Positions 61,965 to 64,000 of a stretch of DNA of 64,000 nt are shown piece after piece; the stretch's first letter is position 1, and every line of letters begins with the position of its first letter. The stretch covers positions 1,280,001-1,344,000 of the forward strand of contig CBDHDG010000007.1 of NCBI GenBank assembly GCA_965261595.1, in the 5' to 3' direction. The stretch is from a bacterium (GTDB lineage: Bacteria > UBA8248 > JACPRG01 > G963555815). The notes beneath the pieces are model-generated. The model did no database searches and was not told where the DNA came from. It saw nothing but the letters and a program-made list of their open reading frames with translations. The translations under genes were made by a program, and so were the position numbers.

Positions 61965-62888
61965 ATGCACGATATCGACAACATCTCAGAACAGAACCAG
62001 TCCGTCACCGCCACCGTCTGCGAGCAGGCGGCTCTCTTCGGCGCAACCCCGGAGCGCGACGAATTCGATAACCGGGAGGTCTGGGACCCGGAGAACGCCC
62101 TCTCCGCCGTCACGGAAGCCTTCCGCATCATGGCACACGGCGTCGCGCCCGACGGAACGCAACTCGCCGACGAGCGCGAGAGCCTGCTCTGGGGATTCGT
62201 CAACATGCTCGACGCCCAGACCCAACGCCTCGACCGCGCGGCCGACAGGCTCCTCCCCGACATGCGCGACCTCCAGCGAGAGCAGGACGGCTCGGAGATC
62301 CGGTCCCGAGAGCTCGAACTCGTCACCGACCGAACCAAGAACCTCACGGACCGGCGGGACGCCTTCGAGCAACTCAGAGATGCAGCGGCCGAGGCCTACC
62401 GGGTCGAGACCGGAGACCTCTGGCGGCCCCGGCGCGGGTCCCACACCTCCCAGACCGGCAAGCTCACTTCGGCCATGATCGACGCCCGCGACTTCCAGCG
62501 TGCCCGCAGGGACCGCGAGAACAAGGCGCTCCTGCCCCAGGGAACCCTCGTGGCGGTGGCAGGCGGCAAGCAGGCCGGCGACGCAGGCGCCATCATCCGC
62601 ACCCTCGAAAAGCTCAAGGCCAAGTACGACGATGTGGTCCTGGTCCACGGCGGTGGTCCGGGCGTCGAGAAGGTCGCGGCCAAGTGGGCGGACCGCAACG
62701 GTGTCCACCAGATCGTCTGCAAGCCCAACTGGAACGCGCACGGACGCGCGGCGCCCTTCCGGCGCAATGACGAACTGCTCGATCTCCTCCCCAAGGGCGT
62801 CATCGCGTTCCCGGGTTCCGGCATCACCGACAATCTGGTCGACAAGGCGCGCAAGCTCGGTATCCCGGTCCAGTGCGTCGCCGCCTGA
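61965..62888 (+). CDS. DUF2493/YspA-like SLOG-domain protein with helical N-terminus
   Basis: LLWGFVN; VAVAGG, LVHGG.PG.E..A..WA, GRAAPFRRN, IAFPG.G.T. Confidence 0.88.
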   Translation: MHDIDNISEQNQSVTATVCEQAALFGATPERDEFDNREVWDPENALSAVTEAFRIMAHGVAPDGTQLADERESLLWGFVNMLDAQTQRLDRAADRLLPDMRDLQREQDGSEIRSRELELVTDRTKNLTDRRDAFEQLRDAAAEAYRVETGDLWRPRRGSHTSQTGKLTSAMIDARDFQRARRDRENKALLPQGTLVAVAGGKQAGDAGAIIRTLEKLKAKYDDVVLVHGGGPGVEKVAAKWADRNGVHQIVCKPNWNAHGRAAPFRRNDELLDLLPKGVIAFPGSGITDNLVDKARKLGIPVQCVAA

Positions 62889-62904
62889 GTCGAACGACCT
62901 CGCG

Positions 62905-62945
62905 GGTCGCGTCGCCACCCGGCGGCGCGGCCCGTTCTTCTTCCG
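62905..62945 (+). terminator. Probable terminator hairpin
   Basis: CGGGTCGCGTCGCC-ACCC-GGCGGCGCGGCCCG followed by TTCTTCTT. Confidence 0.55.
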
Positions 62946-63481
62946 CGTTGCCCGCTGCCTCACCGCCCGCCGCTCTTCGCACCGCACCGGTGCGGACCCC
63001 ACTGCTCGCACCGCCCCGCACTGCTCCATGCACCATGCTCCGCACGGCCGTCCGCTCAATCGCCGCGGCGGCTCCCCCGCGCGTCACGCGCCCGCGGAGA
63101 TCCCCTCTTCGCTCGTTCCTCACATTTTGGTCTGTCGGACGCCGGTCGGCGCTTTTACTCTCACACCCCACGCACCGTTGGTGCCCTGGCAACCGGGCGC
63201 GCGCTTGTCATGCGGTTTGTTGCGCTAATACCGAAACAAGCTGCCTGGATGTTGTTGGATCGAGCGTATACCGCACCGATATACGGACCTAAGACATTGA
63301 TATTGTGATATTCTGACTCGAGCTGATATGAGACCAGCATACGTCCCTGTCGCGGTTGCGACGGCTGTGTATGCTGCACCGACATACGGGAAATCGGTGG
63401 CAACGATGACCCCAAGTCTTCAGTTACCTGCGTGAAGTTTGAGCATTCCCGAACGAAAACGGCCACCGGAGGGGTAGGATA

Positions 63482-63865
63482 ATGAACGAAAACGACCGAA
63501 CTGACGCCGAAACCGGCGCGCTTCCGGACGAAAAACAGACCGACGCGCGAACGCCCCGGGCGATCAGGTTCTCGGATGCCGAATGGGAACAAGTCAAAAT
63601 GACTGCGGCGGAGCGTGGAATACCGGCGGCCGAGTTCGTGCGCAATGCGGCGCTGAGCCTCGCCAGCGACAAAGCCGGCGTGGATTCCGCCTCAATGCTG
63701 GCTGGAACCACTGCGCTGATCGAGCGCATCTATCGCGGCGTCTACCTCCTTTCGACACTAAAGCGCGATGAAATGATCCGGCAGGGACGCCAAGGCGAGA
63801 TCGACCGAACCATGAAGAACGCCCGCGACTCGCAGGATTCAATCCTGAACGATGTCTCGTTATGA
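63482..63865 (+). CDS. Ribbon-helix-helix protein (relaxosome accessory-like)
   Basis: PRAIRFSDAEWEQVK..A..RGI..AEFVRNAAL. Confidence 0.75.
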   Translation: MNENDRTDAETGALPDEKQTDARTPRAIRFSDAEWEQVKMTAAERGIPAAEFVRNAALSLASDKAGVDSASMLAGTTALIERIYRGVYLLSTLKRDEMIRQGRQGEIDRTMKNARDSQDSILNDVSL

Positions 63866-64000
63866 ATCCGAACGGTCGGAACGGCAATCCGATGCAACTG
63901 CTTCAAAAGGTCCTTTCCGACACCGGATTGCCGGCTCCGGATCGCCGTCCCCTTCACGACTACTCCTGTTCTCCCGAAACATTCGCCGAGCTGGAGAAAG

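Noticed and set aside
1..64000. rRNA, complete tRNA, retron/RT or group II intron
   Set aside because: No cloverleaf, rRNA-like segment or reverse transcriptase motif seen by eye; a covariance-model search was not possible.

Overview
The window has three parts. (1) About 1-19.3 kb is high-GC bacterial core genome: a beta-propeller-like gene split by an IS3 element, rarA, yjbQ, an unusual LMW-phosphatase/homoserine kinase (ThrB) fusion, a DUF151-PDZ protein, two moeA genes, tatA, a class V aminotransferase, hemW, a bactofilin with a methyltransferase-fold partner, a cyclase, a Zn-ADH, fdrA and a coiled-coil protein. (2) About 19.3-46.1 kb is an IS-riddled island. It opens with two tandem, catalytically complete tyrosine integrases and carries defence-like cargo: a 919-aa SIR2-wHTH-PIN-like protein, three HNH nucleases, an AbiEi/AbiEii pair with an IS-disrupted toxin, and Fic and DUF4338 remnants. 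It also holds IS3, IS256, IS481, IS1380, IS5, IS66 and RIT remnants. (3) About 46.1-64 kb is the co-oriented backbone, probably the leading region, of a conjugative or integrative element: PAPS-reductase-like protein, ParB, GHKL ATPase, DUF2958, strawberry-notch methylase/helicase, SSB, TOPRIM primase, DUF4326, SLOG protein, a candidate oriT and an RHH protein. The strongest leads are an FtsZ C-terminal-peptide mimic on the ParB, two related junctions suggesting elements that insert at the HDLRH codons of integrase genes, the SIR2-wHTH-degenerate PIN protein, and the phosphatase-ThrB fusion. All calls come from motif recognition by eye; no database searches were run, and taxonomy is not determined.
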